DNA of 64,000 nt from Camelus dromedarius (taxonomy: Eukaryota), in NCBI RefSeq assembly GCF_036321535.1, contig NC_087438.1, positions 7,318,001 to 7,382,000 of the forward strand. The letters are read 5' to 3'. A program made the position numbers and the translations under genes. Positions 24,171 to 37,792 of the stretch are shown here, piece by piece. Positions within the stretch are counted from its first letter, which is position 1; every line of letters starts with the position of its first letter. A model generated the notes under the pieces. The model worked only from the letters and a program-made list of their open reading frames with translations. It was not told the origin of the DNA and did not search any database.

Positions 24171-26849
24171 GGACGAAGCGCTGACACCTGCTGCAGCACG
24201 GGTGCTCATGACCACCCTGCCGGCCAGCAGGCTCTGGGGTCCATGCCTGGTCTTAGAAGGCTGATCTTTTTTAAGAGTGACTTTGTCGTGGAACTGCGAA
24301 TGGCGTTCCCTTAAAAATCTCCAGTCCCCGAAATTGTTTTGGTCTGATGTAAGGCTCTAAAGTTCAAACAAAGAGAACTTGGGCCAGAAGCATGAACTTG
24401 CCTCTCTCTAGTTGATGCCACCTGAACATACTTGTCATCTGTCGGTGGGAGGGGAGGTTTGCGACCAAAATGCAAGTTGTTTCTGAGAGTAAAGGCACGT
24501 CTCATCAGCCGGATTCAAGCTGGGTTTCCAGAACGTTCTTTAGAGTTGACTCTGGATGTCTCCTTAATGCTGACCCATAGGACGTCCCAGCAAAGGATCC
24601 TGAAGCAGCCCCTGACCTCGGTGCTCTGTCCCTGTCCCTCCCCCGTGCACCGTGGGGTCTTCCTCTGGGTCCTTCTCAGCTCAGCTCCCGCCCCACAGAG
24701 GCTGTGCTCCTCAGTTGACGGCCACCACTGGGGTGCTGAGTGCCAGCACTGGGGTCCTAAGGGTCCAGAGAGGCTGGGCCGGGCAAGGTGGAGCAGGCAC
24801 TGACTTTGTCATTAACAGGGCATAACGGGGAAGCACTTTTCTGTCCCGTTTTCGCCCGAGAGCCTCAAGCACGGGGTTCCGGCACCTAGTCCGGGCACCG
24901 TGCCGCCGAGTGCCCGTGGTGGACGGCCTGCTGCTCAGTGACTGACTTCCCAGTGTCCAGACGCGGGCTTCCTCTCATTCAAGGGGAAACTTCCTGTTCG
25001 CGTGCTGGTCTGGAATCTTCCTGTGACACAGCTGAGTCCTCGTTACTCGCCTTCAAGCCCTGCAGTCATTTCTTTTTGAAACAGCCGCCGGGAGGTTGGC
25101 TTTCCGTCAGGTTGTCAGCTGTGCTTGGGGAATTCGCTCAAACGGTTTAATTAATCACAACAAGCTTTGTTTCAAGTGCCATTAACTAATCAACATGGTG
25201 GGTGAAACAAACCATTCAAGCGACTGGAATTGTTGCGCAAAGGAGCTCTAGATGGAGACCAGCACAAACCACCCCCTTTCTGCAGGAGATTGGGGTGGGG
25301 CCCAGGAGGCCGCGGACCTCAAGGGGCTGAGGGATGCGGAGCCGCGATCGGCTCGCACGCAGAGGGGGCAGATGGCCCCACCTGGACTTAGCCCCTAGAG
25401 AGCCACAGAAGATGTTTCCAGTTAATGTCACTTAGAGAAAAGACTTTGACAATGATGGAGACTCAGCATGAATAAAACAACAACCCCTGGCATTTGTGAG
25501 CTGTGGGTTTAGAAAATGCCTGCTCTCCCTTGATTGCAGGTGAGTGGTTTAGGGGAAAACAAGACTGGAAAAGCCACAAGATGCAAACCAGCCGAAGGTG
25601 ACTTTGGCCTGAGGACTTCAGAACTGCCTGTCCCGTTGAGACGCACAGTCTGAAGTCCTCGGCCCTGCAGTGCCACCAGCGAGTCACTTGATTTTCAACC
25701 TGACTCTATTTGGCATCTTCTGTAATTTTCACCTTTAAAGAAACTGGGCTTTGTTTTGTTTTTGTTAGTGTTTGTGATGTGTAAGAAAAAGAAAAGGCAG
25801 AAGTAGCAGCGATGTTTCTGGAAATATGCCATCACCCGGCGGGATGGAGCTCCCGGGTGGCTGGGCGCAGCCAGCGATTTTGTTCTTAAAATGATTTGGC
25901 TACAAGTCTCTCATTTAACCTGCCAGTCACTGGCATCCTTGTGAGTTCTTGTAACATGACAAAAATCTACCTTTACAAATGGCTTTCAAATGTAGTGAGA
26001 TTTTTCGGTATACTCAATTGAACAATTAATGAAGAATGACTATATAAATAAATCATCTGTTGAGTTTGATTTTGCTCTTACTGTAATTTGCAGCTTATAA
26101 TTTTTTCCAAGGCTTAAACATTTTCAAAGGTCCTTGAAACGCTCGTAAGGCCTGAGACTCTGTGCCTCAGCTTCCAGAATGAAAGGAGTTGGGACGCTCC
26201 GTAAGGAAAATTCCAGCTTCATGATGTCAACCTACAGAATTAGTTCTCCTTGGTTATCAAAGTGGATTTCTTCAGAAGCCCATGAAGTGGACTGCGGAAG
26301 TATGATTAACCCCTTTTCTAGGGGACTGGACGCTAGCTGTAAGAGGCCAGGGGCATCTCGGGTCCTCTTCCTGCCCCGGGCTCAGCCCCACCCACCTAAC
26401 CTCACACTTCTGTCCCTATTGACTTTTCCCGCATCAACCAGCACTTCCAGGATCCACCCCATTTCCCTGGCACAGGCTTTCCATGATGTCAGAAGACCCA
26501 ACCAATAAAGTAAACAAAATAGCTTTACTTTGATGTGTTCACATGCAACTTTCCCCAGAACAGTTGGGTCCTTCCAGAGGCCTCGTGGATGTCCAGTATG
26601 TAACTCCACTAAGACGGAGCAGGGGCCCCATACTTCCCAGCGCTGAGATGGAGCCACTGACCCGTGATGGGTCATGCACGTTCCACTCTGTCACCACCTC
26701 AAACCCCAACTCATGTTTGAATCTAACGTGATGTGAAGTTAGCAGCGGTGTGACCAGGATGGCCAGGCAGGACAGGAAGTGTCCTGGCAAAGGCTGTCCA
26801 GTGGGGTCTCAGGGACGTTTGGGCTGGGATAACATCCAGCCTAGATGAG

Positions 26850-27047
26850 AAAGCATTTATCCAGCACTTACGAGGTCTGGGCCATGTGCTAAGGGTTTAA
26901 CAGCTCAGTGAGTTCTCACACCAACCGCAGGAGGCGGGTACCACCATCACTCATGTTTCGCAGATGAGAACAGTACCTTGCCCAGAGTGACTTAGGCAGA
27001 AGGTAGCAGGGCTGTGACAAAACCCCGGCAGTCCGACTTCAGAGCCT
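26850..27047 (-). mobile_element. MIR SINE
   Basis: CATTTATCCAGCACTTAC...GTGCTAAG...CAGATGAGAA...TTGCCCAGAGTGAC...GGCAGTCCGACTTCAGAGCC. Confidence 0.7.
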
Positions 27048-27051
27048 GGGG

Positions 27052-27200
27052 TCACATTTGTTTATTTTTGCTTTTATTTCCTTTCCTTTAGGAGGCAGCT
27101 CCAAAAATATATTGCGATTTATGTCAGAGCGTGTTCTGCCTGTGTTTTCCTCTAGGAGTTTTGTAGTATCTGGTCTCATATTTAGGTCTTTAATCCCTTT
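27052..27200 (-). mobile_element. Short L1 ORF2 fragment
   Basis: TTTGTTTATTTTTGCTTTTATTTCC...GTGTTCTGCCTGTGTTTTCCTCTAGGAGTTTT...TTTAGGTCTTTAATCC. Confidence 0.75.
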
Positions 27201-27590
27201 TGTAACTCATTTAAGCTTTGTAACAATACCCTGTAAAGTGGGCATTGCTGTTATTAACCTCATACTATGGATGTGACAACTGAGGAGGAGAGAGGCTGAA
27301 CCTCTCATGTGGGGCCCCAGGGTCCCCCGTGCCCCCCTGCCCCCTGCACCCGGGGCTGCCGTGAGTGGGAGTCTCCCTGCACTGCGGGGCTGTGGTGCAG
27401 AGGACAGGCGGTGTCCTGAGGGGCGAAGATCCTGGCCTCACACCTCTCTTGAGGCACCCCCCCCCCCCGCCGCCGGGCTCTCTGTTTAGTGATACTCACC
27501 AATCAAGGCCCCCCCCCATGCACAAGCAAGATCAATGGGAATGTCCAGTCTTTGCAACTGATGAAACCAGACTCCTAGATCAGTTTCCTC

Positions 27591-28031
27591 ATGTAAGCAG
27601 TTGAGTAGTGGCCCTCCAAAAGGACATGTCCTCGTCTTAACCCTGGAAGATGTGAGTGGGGCCTTGTTTGGAAAAAAGGCCTTTGCACATGTATTTAATC
27701 TAAGAATCTTGAGCTCATCCCAGATTTAGGGTGGGCCCTAGATCCAATGATTGGGGTTTTTATACAAGAAGATGGAGGGAGGTTTGAGACACGGGGAGAA
27801 GGCCATGTGAAGACGGAAGCAGAGACTGGAGGGAGCAGCCACTGGTCAAGGGACACCTGGGGCCCCGGATGCTGGAAGAGGCAGGAAGGACCCTCCTCTA
27901 GAGACTCTGGGGGAGCAAGGCCCCACCGACATGTGGCTTTAGACCTCCGGCCTCCAGAACTGTGAGAACAAATTGTTGTTTGAAGTCCCCCAGGCTGTGG
28001 TAATTTGATACAGCAGCCTTGGGAAACTCAC
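27591..28031 (+). mobile_element. MLT1 (B/C-like) solo LTR
   Basis: TG...GGCCATGTGAAGACGGAAGCAGAGACTGG...CTCCAGAACTGTGAGAAC...GGAAACTCACA. Confidence 0.85.
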
Positions 28032-28320
28032 ATGCCCCATTTCCTCCTTTCTTGCCAGTTGTGTGCAGAGGGGGCATCAGAAATGCAGCAGAGCTCTGGG
28101 CTGGTCCCGAGCAAGGTCTGGATTCTAGGGTTTTCTGCTGACCCCTAAGACAAAAGCCCTTTGAGGGTTCCAGAGGTGGGGAGGGGTTGAGGACAGTGGA
28201 GGCTGAAGAGAAGTGAGGGCGTCTTGGCTCGTGTAGATGGTCAGAGAGACTTCTAGAATGGGGAGAAGCTAGCCTTGCTCCAGATAATTTTCTAATTGTC
28301 ACAGACTTTCTATGAGTCTC

Positions 28321-28836
28321 TGTGGCAGGCAGAATTCTGAATTGGCTTCTGAGATCCCGCCCCCTGGCACATCCACCCTGTAGAATCTCCTGTCCTTGAG
28401 TGTGGGCAGCCCTGCGAATACAGCGGGATGGCTACTCCCCTGCTTATGTTACACTATGTACAGCTCGGGGGTGCCGGCTAGAGGAGATTTTCCTGCTGGC
28501 TTTGAGAACTTAGCTTTCACTAGGAGAGGGCCAGTTGTCCAGGAACCGAGAGCTACCTCCATCCAACAGCCAGCAACGAATGGTGACCTCAGCCCTGTAA
28601 CCGCCAGGAACTGAATTCCATCAACGCCCGGGATGGTTTGGAAGTGAGCCCCGAGCGTCAGGTGAGCCAGTAGCCTCTGGCCCCGCCTAGGCGAGGTGTC
28701 TCTGCCGGGTAAGCGAGGACTCAGCCAGCCCACGTTGGGACTCCCGACCCAGGGACACAGCGAGATCATGAACATGGACTGTTTTAAGCGGCTAACTTTG
28801 TGATGGTGGGTGATGCAGTGACAGAAAATAAACGCA
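28321..28836 (+). mobile_element. MLT1E/F-like solo LTR
   Basis: TGTGGCAGGCAGAATTCTG...CCTTGAGTGTGGGC...GACAGAAAATAAACGCA. Confidence 0.8.
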
Positions 28837-29747
28837 GCTTCCCAAACTTTCTCCCAAATCGTGAGTGAATGGACGGTGCTGAGCCCGAGCCTTGACTTTG
28901 TGGGAATATTTTCATGATCTCATCTTGAAAACGGATGTATATTTTTAAGTTGTATTTTTCGATGCATCACACATGAGTTAAAAAAAGTTTGAATGTCTCT
29001 GAAGAACGCGGAAAAAGGATGAGCAGAAGCTGATCATTGCTCACTCATGAGCACGCGCTAAGGACCCGTGGCAGGTGCCGGCTCATCATCCTCTGTGGTG
29101 GGAGCTTCCCCCAAAGGCCCCCAGGTGGTTTCTGAGCAGAGCACCTCCAGTGGCAGGTCTCCCCACCAAGAGCTTTCCTCACACCGCACAGGGCAAGTTT
29201 CTGCAAGTTCTTCCAGCACAGAAGCACAGCCACATCTCTGCCAGTCCATCAGCCACAGCTGATGGCAATCAGGGATCTGGAAAAAATGGTAAAAATTTCT
29301 CTTGATCGGTCTTGTAGGAACAAGAGGAAAGGGAGGGCTCGTGGTACAGCAGAGTGGGAGGAAAGGACGCGTGCCTAGTCGTCTCGATGATTTCCTGTGG
29401 GAAGAACGCACAGCTGGAGGAAGCTTTGGTCCAAAGTGAGCGCGTGGAGAACACACGGGCCTTCCACCGACTCATCAGATGATGCTTCTGCCCCCACGGG
29501 TACAAGCAGAGATGTGTGTGGGGTGGGGCTGGCTGGTCAGGATGGGTGAGCAGAGAGGACTGGCATCATGCTGACTTCCTGACTGTGTTCTGCTGGTCCC
29601 CATAGTGATTGACTCCTGGGATGGATCAGCTGGGACCAGAGGAGCCCTGAGCCTTCTCTAGGTGCCTGAGTGGCAGCCCTGGGGCATTCCTGAAGCCTGT
29701 GGGAGCTCCCTTCTGGACTTTCTGGCTCCCAGGCCCTAGTCCCCCTC

Positions 29748-30180
29748 TGTATGGGTTTCGTAGGGTTGACATAACAAAGTACCACAGACTGGGGGACTTA
29801 AAACAACAAACATGGATTCTCTATCAGTTCTGGAGGTAGAAAGTCCTAATCAAGGCGTCTGCAGGCTGTGCTCCCAAGACTCCAGGGAAGAATCTTCCTT
29901 TGTCTCTTCCAGGCCCTGGTGGCTGCCAGCAATCCTTAGTGTTCACTGGCTTGTGGCCTCCTCCCTCCCATCTCTGCCTCCCTCTGTGCATGGCCTCCTC
30001 CTCTGTGTGTATGAGTGTCCTCTCCTCTTCTTCTAAGGACACCAGTCACTGGTCACCCTGCTCCGGGGTGACCTCATCTTAACTAATCACGTCTGCAAAG
30101 ACTCTATTTCCAAATAAGGTCACAATCAGAGGTTCTGGCAGGACATGCCTTTTGGAAGGAGACGTGATTCCATTCATACA
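29748..30180 (-). mobile_element. MLT1C-like solo LTR
   Basis: ATAACAAAGTACCACAGACTGGGGGACTTAAAACAAC...CTGCAAAGACTCTATTTCCAAATAAGGTCAC. Confidence 0.85.
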
Positions 30181-32049
30181 TTTCGTTACCCAAATATTGC
30201 TAGATTCTCGTGTCAAAAAAAGTATTAACTGGAGAAAATAAGAACAGGTTTTCTCCTTATCTCAGGAGTAAGGAAAGATGGTAAAATGACTGTCGGTGTT
30301 GGAAAGAATTTGCCATGCCCTGCAAAGATGCATGCTGACGACAATGACAATGGCAATGTTTCTGTAGATGAGCTGCCTCCTGTCTTCACAGAGGCATCGG
30401 GAAGATTAATGCCTTGGAAATCTTCGATATTCTAGGGCTGTATTATTACTGTTATTACTGTGATTATTCTGATGCTCCCACTTTGGGGTGGCGGCTGTAA
30501 TTACAGTAACTGGTGTGGACACATTAGAAAGATTTCACGAATGATTAAGCTGTAAGTCAGTCACTTGGAGTGTGCAGTAGCTCTTCCAAGTTCCAGGAGT
30601 GTAACTGGGTGCTGGTGGAGGCGAGGGAGCTAAAATTATGATCCTCATGTCATTCATGGAGAAATTGAGACCCAGAGAATTCAAAGACTTGCCCAAGTCC
30701 TTGGAGTGAGCCAGCGTTAGAAAACTCTGGAGCCCCGCACCCCCTGCAAGGACGACCCTGTTTCAAACTTTTTACAGGCTTATCATTGGGGTTCATGCAC
30801 GGCTCACACATCCCTCATTTTTCAGTGAGTGGCTTATAAACTCCCGTTTGGTCCAGTGCACTTGGCAGAGATGCAAATGCAGGGAGGTGGCCCTGGAGTT
30901 GACACCTTCTCTCGGGAAGTGGGAACAGAACAGGTGGGCAGAGGTGGGCCCCTCGTACCTGGCTCCCTGGAAGCCACAGACAGCAGAGTGTCCCCAAAGG
31001 CCAGAGGAGCTGGCACTTTCGCTGGAAGGCTGCTCCAGGGCCAGCCCTGTGACTTCCAGGCCACTCTTGTCCACCTTTCCTGCCCTGTGACTATTTCCTG
31101 GGGAGGGGGACTCCTCTGAGCTGCTGCCCCCCTGTTGAATGCGTGACATGACTGCAGTTTACAGGCTGGGAAAGGTCAACTTTTTAAGAGACTTGACGGA
31201 AAAAGAAAAATCCACACTTGAGCCTGGGAGGTGCCAAAAATAGGAACTTCTTAGCTTCTGCAAGAGCAGATCAATGAATAAATACCCCATAAACAAATGT
31301 AGCTGTGTCTGCCAGTTTTCTTTTCTTTCAGTTATCCCCTGGAGCTACGAAACACACAAATACAGATTAATAGATTTTTCATTAATTCAGAAAGCATTTC
31401 TGGACCTCGTCTCTGAGCAGGGCAATGGATGTAACAGCCAGATTCTTGAGAGGCTCGAGATAGCTTGAGGCAAATCCTCCTGGGGACGTTAGGAGGGGGT
31501 GGAGTCAGGGCCACTCTGAGAACCCCCTCTTCTGTTCCAGAAAATTTCTAAGATCCTGTGGGAGTCACGGCCTCCAGTGCCCCATTTTGGTTGCTGAATT
31601 AATCCACACTTTGGAATTGAAGCTGTGCGTGCTGGGCTGGGGACCTCGGGATTCAACACGGGGCAGGTGGCGGGCTGAGGAAGTCCTCCGGGCCTGACCC
31701 TCCAGGCGCACCTGTAAAGGCAGGCCTTGTGTTGACTGCGTCCCTGAGCCCTGCTCCAAGTATTGTCCCAGGACCAGCAGCTTGGGCACCCCTGGGAGCT
31801 TGCAGACTCTCAGGCCCAGCCCAGCCCTCGAGGGCCAGATCTGCCTTTTCACGAGCCGCCTGCAGGACTAGAGTCTGGGAGGACTCGCTCTAGAACTCCC
31901 CACTGTGACTGAGAAATCCTCTCTGGCCTCAAACCTCCCTCCACCTTTTGGAGAAGCAGGAGCTTGGGTTGCAGGACTCCCCCTAACGGCATTCCTGGGG
32001 GGCCGGCCACCCAGAAGCAGCAGGTGCCCCTCCCGTCCCTGGCCACTGT

Positions 32050-32770
32050 GAAAAGGCAGAAAATAAGTACTGTCGAGGGTGTGGAGAAATTGGAACCCTT
32101 GGGCACTGCTGGGAGTGTAAAATGGTGCAGACACTGTGGAAAATATTTCCGTCGTTCCTCAAAAAATTAAACATAGAATGACTATATGATCCAGCAATCT
32201 TACTTCTGGTTATATACCCAGGAGCACTGAAAGCAGGGTCTCCAAGAGATATTTGTACCCGCATGTTCTTTCCAACATTATTAACAACAGCCAGTAGGTG
32301 GAAGCAACCCAACTGCCTATCAGCAGATGAATGAATAAGCAAAATATGGTCTCTCCACACAACGGAAGGTCAGCCTTAAAAAGGAAGCACATTTTAACAC
32401 AGGATACAACGTGGATGAACCTAGACGACATTATTCTAAGTGAAACAGGCCAGTCACAAAAGGCAGATACTATATGGTTCCACTTACATAAGGTACCTAG
32501 AGAAGCCGAAATCATAGAAGGTAGAGTGGTGGTCGCCAGGGGTCGGAAGGGAGTGAGCGGGGGATGGGAAGTTCTTGTTTAATGGGTATAGAATTTCAGT
32601 TTGGGATGATGGAAAAGTTCTGGAGATGGGTGGTGGTGATGACTGTAAAACAGTGTGAGTGAACTTAATGCTACTGAATAAACTGTACACTTAAAAATGG
32701 TTAAAATGGTAAATTTTATGTTACATGTATTTTACCACAACTAAAAATAAAAACCAAACCAAACCAAAAA
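32050..32770 (+). mobile_element. L1MB-like 3' end with A-rich tail
   Basis: GTGGAGAAATTGGAACCC...ACTTAAAAATGGTTAAAATGGTAAATTTTATG...AAAAATAAAAACCAAACC. Confidence 0.9.
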
Positions 32771-33114
32771 CCCCCAAAATACAGACTTTTTTAAATGCTT
32801 CTTTTATTTACTATAAACAATTATGCCTTCCCAGGTCTTTCTGGTGTTTTAAAGACCAGATCCAAAGGAAAATAAAAAAATGCTGCTGGTGTCACTTCAT
32901 GGACCTCTGGATAACATCAATATTGCATACACTTCTTTTCCAGAAATTCTGGGAATTTTTTAGTGGTATACAGGGGCCCTTGGAATGGGAGATCAATTTT
33001 TGAGGGACGGGGACCCTGGAAATAACCAGCTTAACTGCCAAGGCCCTAGGGTCATGAAAGCAGTCTGGGGATGGTGGGACCCAGATCCTTGCGGGCACTG
33101 GAAGGAATGGGGCA

Positions 33115-33512
33115 CCATAATGGGTTTGTTTCCCCTCAAAATTCAAGTCCACCTGGGACCTGTCAATGTGACCTTATTTGGAAATAAGGTCTTTGCAGAC
33201 GTAATTAGCGAAGAATCTGGATTTAAAATCATGTTCTTATAAGAAGAGAGGCCAGAGACAGAGACACACAGGGGAGAAGGCCATGTGAAGACAGAGGCAG
33301 AGACTGGGGGAAGTGCAGCCACAATCCAAGGAGTGCCGGGAGCCTCCAGGAGCTGGGAGAGGCAGGAAGGATGCTCCGCTAAAGACTTCCGGGGGGGTGT
33401 GGCCAACACGGACTGGGCTTCTGGCTTCCAGAGCTGCCGGAGACTAGACTCCTGCTGTTTTAAGCCGACCGGTGGGTGGTAACTTGCTGGGGTAGCCCAC
33501 AGGACACTAACA
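33115..33512 (+). mobile_element. MLT1C-like solo LTR
   Basis: GTGACCTTATTTGGAAATAAGGTCTTTGCAGA...GGCCATGTGAAGACAGAGGCAGAG...GGACACTAACA. Confidence 0.85.
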
Positions 33513-34959
33513 GAGGGCTGCAGGCAAAGGTCCGGACTGAGGGCTAGGGTCCCTGGGGAGCAGGAACAAGTGAAGAAGCAGGAGGGCAGTAATCAGGGTC
33601 TCCTTGTTGAAAAGTCAGGAATCTCAGCCTAACCAGTTGCCCAAAAAAGAGAATTCTTCAGTTCCTGTTCTTGAAACAATGAGCCAGCATCAGCTTCAGA
33701 AGTAGTTAAATTGGGTCATTCAGAGGAAGCCTTCTAGAACTTTCCTTCCTTCATCTGTAGACTCGGTGGAGGTTTTGGTAAGCACAGGAGCCGCTTTGGG
33801 GACCCCCACCCCATCCTGGTGAATCATAGCAGCAGGGAGGGGGGCCTTTCGAGCAGCCAGACCTGGGTCCCACTCACACCCCAAGACTGACACAGGGACA
33901 GGGGGCCTCCCCAAGGACGTTAGGGAGCAGACAGGGATACAGACAGGCAAAAAGTAACAGAAGGATGCGACGACCGAGCTGTCCTCTGCATCTCTGCCGC
34001 CGTGTCCCTCCCGATCGCAGGTCTTTCACCCACGATGATGACACGGTGCAGCTTTGAGTGCTCAGCACGGCAGGAGTCAGCTGAATGATCCAGCTGTGGA
34101 GAGGCAACTTCCCAGATGTGCTGTCTGCTGCTGATCTCAGGGTCCGCCCCAGCGGCCCCTCCCTGCCTGAATGCCCCGACTCTGGTGTCCCGGGCTGTCG
34201 ACCTGGAGGACAATTTAATGACCCGCCTGGCGTCTCAGAGAGTAAATCCAGATGCTCAGAACTGATTATTCCAATGGGAAATTTACTAAGTGAATCTGGC
34301 TGAGGGGAATAAGATATCAGAGGGAAAAGTTATCGTGCAGAAGGAAACACATCTTTCCACCTTTCAAGGGACCGTTCTCTGGAGTGGGGGGAGCTCCCTG
34401 GAGCTGAGCTGATGGGCTCGGGCATCGTGGCTGCTGCAGGTCTGCCAAGCAGGGGGTAAACCGAGGATCACGTCTGGAGGATGAGGACATCCGCGCCCTG
34501 GGGCACCTGGCTGGAAACAGGCTCTAAAGTGGGGGCGGAGGGTGGGGTGGAGTGGAGCCCACGAAATGGGCTCGCAGGGGGCCCTTTTTTCTATTCAGAT
34601 CTTAGCAGATCTCAGCTGCCTTAGAACCAGCCCCAGGCACTTCCCATAGTGGAAGTGGGTACACGTGGTACCCAGTAACCCCTCTGCTGACAGACAGGGA
34701 GTGGGTGAGGAAGTGACAGGAGAAGATGGCACGGGGAAGGGGAGAGAAAGGAAGAGGAAGTGGGTAGGGGGAGAGAAAGTGTAAATACTACAAATTAATC
34801 CTCTGGATACTTCCTGGAGGCCAGACGCTGTCCCAGACGCCTCATGGGCACTGTGATACAGGAGCCTCTGACGACAAGCCCATGACGTGGGAGCATTGAT
34901 CTTGCCCTTTTTATAGATGCGGAGTCTGCAGCACAGAGGCAGTTTGTGGCCTTTCTGAC

Positions 34960-35826
34960 AGTATGCTTGTCCCCCTTTATCTGCAGGGACAAGTTCTGAG
35001 ACCCATTCCAAGAACCCACCCCCCGCCCAGGGGATGCCTGAAACTGCAGACAGTACCAAACCCTATAGGTACTAAGTTTTTGTCTATACATATATATCTG
35101 TGATAGAGTTTAATTTGTAAATTATGCACAGTAAGAGATTAACAATGATAACTAACAATAAAACAGAACAATCATAATAATGTAATGAGAATTATATGAA
35201 TGTGGTCTCTCTCCCTCTCTCTCAAAAATATCTTATTGCACAAATTTAATACTTTTTCCATCTTAACTAAGCATTTATCATGCACCGTGGCTGTAAATTT
35301 GTAGTCTGAGATTCCACAGCAAAACTAACAGGAATTTTTTTCTCCTCACAATTTCATGGATAGAAGCTACATTCTTACTGTAGATCTTATCAACCTCAGT
35401 GTATGATATTTTTTTTTTCCTAATTAAGTCAAGAAGTTTCTCTTTTTCATTTCAAGGAAGCACTTGATGTTTCTTTTTGGCTTGTCCACACTGCCAGCAT
35501 CACTGCCTTTGTGTTCTGGGGCCATTATGAAGTAAAATAAGGGTTATTTTTAACACAAGCACGGCCACACCACAGCAGTGGAGCTGATATCCGAGACAGC
35601 TACTAAGGGACTTAGTGGGTGGGACATGCTGGACGAAGTGATTCACATCCTGGGCAGGATGGAGTGGACGGCTGGAGACTTCAACATGCTACTCAGATGG
35701 CACAGAATTGAAAACTTACAAATTGCTTATTTCTGGAATTTTCCATTTAATGTTTTTGGACTGTAGTTGAACACAGGGAACAAAACTGCAGAAAATTAAA
35801 CCTCAGATAAGGGGGAATGAACTCTG
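34960..35826 (-). mobile_element. MER44/Tigger7-like DNA transposon relic
   Basis: Inverted termini TCCCCCTTTATCTG (~34970) and CAGATAAGGGGGA (~35804); internal TTATTTCTGGAATTTTCCATTTAAT. Confidence 0.75.
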
Positions 35827-36542
35827 TTCATGAATATTCACAGAAGCACAACGTGTTCACGGACACAGTGCTCAGAAGCCACGCATGGAGTTTGGATGTC
35901 TGTCCACGGTATTTGCTAAGTGAGTTCTTTGATTCTAGAATCTACTGGACCCCAGGACTACAAGGCTGACTGTCCTTCTGGGATGCTCACAGCCTAGCGA
36001 GGGGAAACACAGATGCAAATTAATTGCAGTGCAATGTGATGCTGTGGTTGTCCAGGTGCAGACTGACACACTGGGAGGAAACAAAGGGCCTGGAATTTCG
36101 CAGCAGGCACCTGCACATTTGAAGAGTTCTGAGTGCAAGGGCCTCGTTTCTGTGGGAATAAATCATGGACTTGGAGTTTGATAGGGAGGGTCTCTTGATG
36201 CCAAGATGAGGAGAATGACCCTGTCCCCCTGCATGGCAGCCATGGAAAGGTTTCAAGAAGGGGATGTGTAAGTTAGGATTTTTTCATTTGCAAAGGACAG
36301 AAACCAAATTCAAACTACTTCAGGTAGGAAAAGGAATGTGGTAGACGGGCTCTGGGGGAAGTGGCTCTAATGACCTCAGGACTAGAAGAGGGCTTCTGAG
36401 GGGAGCCAGGAATCCTTCTGTTCTGACTCTGATCTAGGCTTCTCTGCAGGGCGCAAGTCCTCCCCCTGCAGGTGGGCACTCCCCATGTGGCAGGGCACCT
36501 CTGCGGGGCAGGGCGCCACAAGGCAGTCATATCCACAGGGTG

Positions 36543-37792
36543 CTGTCAGCCCTCGAATACGTGGGTTCTGCATTCATGGATTCAACCAACCTTGGATCAA
36601 AAAATATTTTTTAAAAAATTCCTGAAAGTTCCGGAAAGCAAAACTTGAATTTGCTGTGAATTGGCAGCTACTGACACAGCCCTGACATTGTATTAAGTGT
36701 GATAAGTAGTCTAGAGATGATGTAAAGTATAAAGGAGGATGTGTGTAGGTTATACGCAAAGACTACTGTTAGCCAATAGTGAGGCCCCTGAATTAGGAGG
36801 CCCACCAAAGCGAGGGTCCTTGCCCGCTGGCTGGAAAGAATTCATAGCTGAGGGACAGAGGGACAGAGTGAAAACTGCTTTCATCTCTCAAAAGAGGAAA
36901 AGGAAGGAAAGTGCTTGAGCAGTGAGAATGAACAAAAAGCACGTGAATGGAGAAGAGGTGCCCGGGTGGGGAGCCACCAGCCGAGAGGGCCGGTAGGGAC
37001 AGCTCCAGCCCAGGTCGGGCCGCGTGGACTTTTATGGGAGGCTCCCGCCATCATGGCCTCCTTTCAAGTGTGATGGAGCCAATCAGGCCTTGTATGGGCT
37101 TCTCAGTCCTCGCATGGGCTTTTCCACTTGCTGTCATGGCAATTGTCAAGTGTCACGGCGCTGGTGGGTGTGCCATTCAGCTCGTTAGTATATTACAGTG
37201 AGCGTATAATGAGGCTAAAGGTTCGCTGGAAGTCAAATCCCCCACCATCTTCAACTCTGGGGGTTCTAATAAGTTCTTGTTTCTTCTCTGCTGCTGCCTC
37301 CAGAGACTTTAGAAAAGATTAATTGGTTTCTAGTCGAGGGAGGGGCAGGGTTATGATCCTGGGGGCAACAGCCTTGGTAACAAAAAGGAAAGTTGTTTTT
37401 AATCAGAATAATTGCAGTCTGGTGGACCCGGCATCCTTCCCTCAAAAACAAAAACAAAAACAAACTCCAAAGACTCTGTTCAGCCATGAAAGTTCCAAAG
37501 GGAGATGAAGGACTAATCCCAGTGAATTGTTGAGACAGGCGGTCGGAGTCATTGCTGTCCCCCAGTGCCTGCAGCCTTGTCCTCATCAACTGCTTGAGCC
37601 TGCTCTTCTGTGACGCAGGGAGGCCTGGGAGACCAGCTTTTCTGTAAACAAGAGGCAGGGGTTGGGGGGGAGGGCACAGGGTCCTGCTCGGTATCGCCAC
37701 GTCATTTGACATGAGGGACGTAAGCAACCCCCGAAGTCGGCGTCTGCGGTGGGGCCTGGAACCAACCCCCAGCAGGTACTGAGGGACGACTG
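36543..37792 (-). mobile_element. MER2/MER2B (Tigger-type) element interrupted by an LTR
   Basis: Left half ...GGATTCAACCAACC...TGTAGGTTATACGCAAAGACTAC; right half GTCATTT...GGAACCAACCCCCAG...GAGGGACGACTG-TA; halves are collinear with the consensus. Confidence 0.8.
36767..37696 (-). mobile_element. ERV1-class solo LTR (~930 bp) inserted into MER2
   Basis: TGTTAGCC...CCTGCTCGGTATCG termini (decayed TG..CA); 4-bp flanks CTAC / CCAC as expected for ERV1. Confidence 0.7.
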
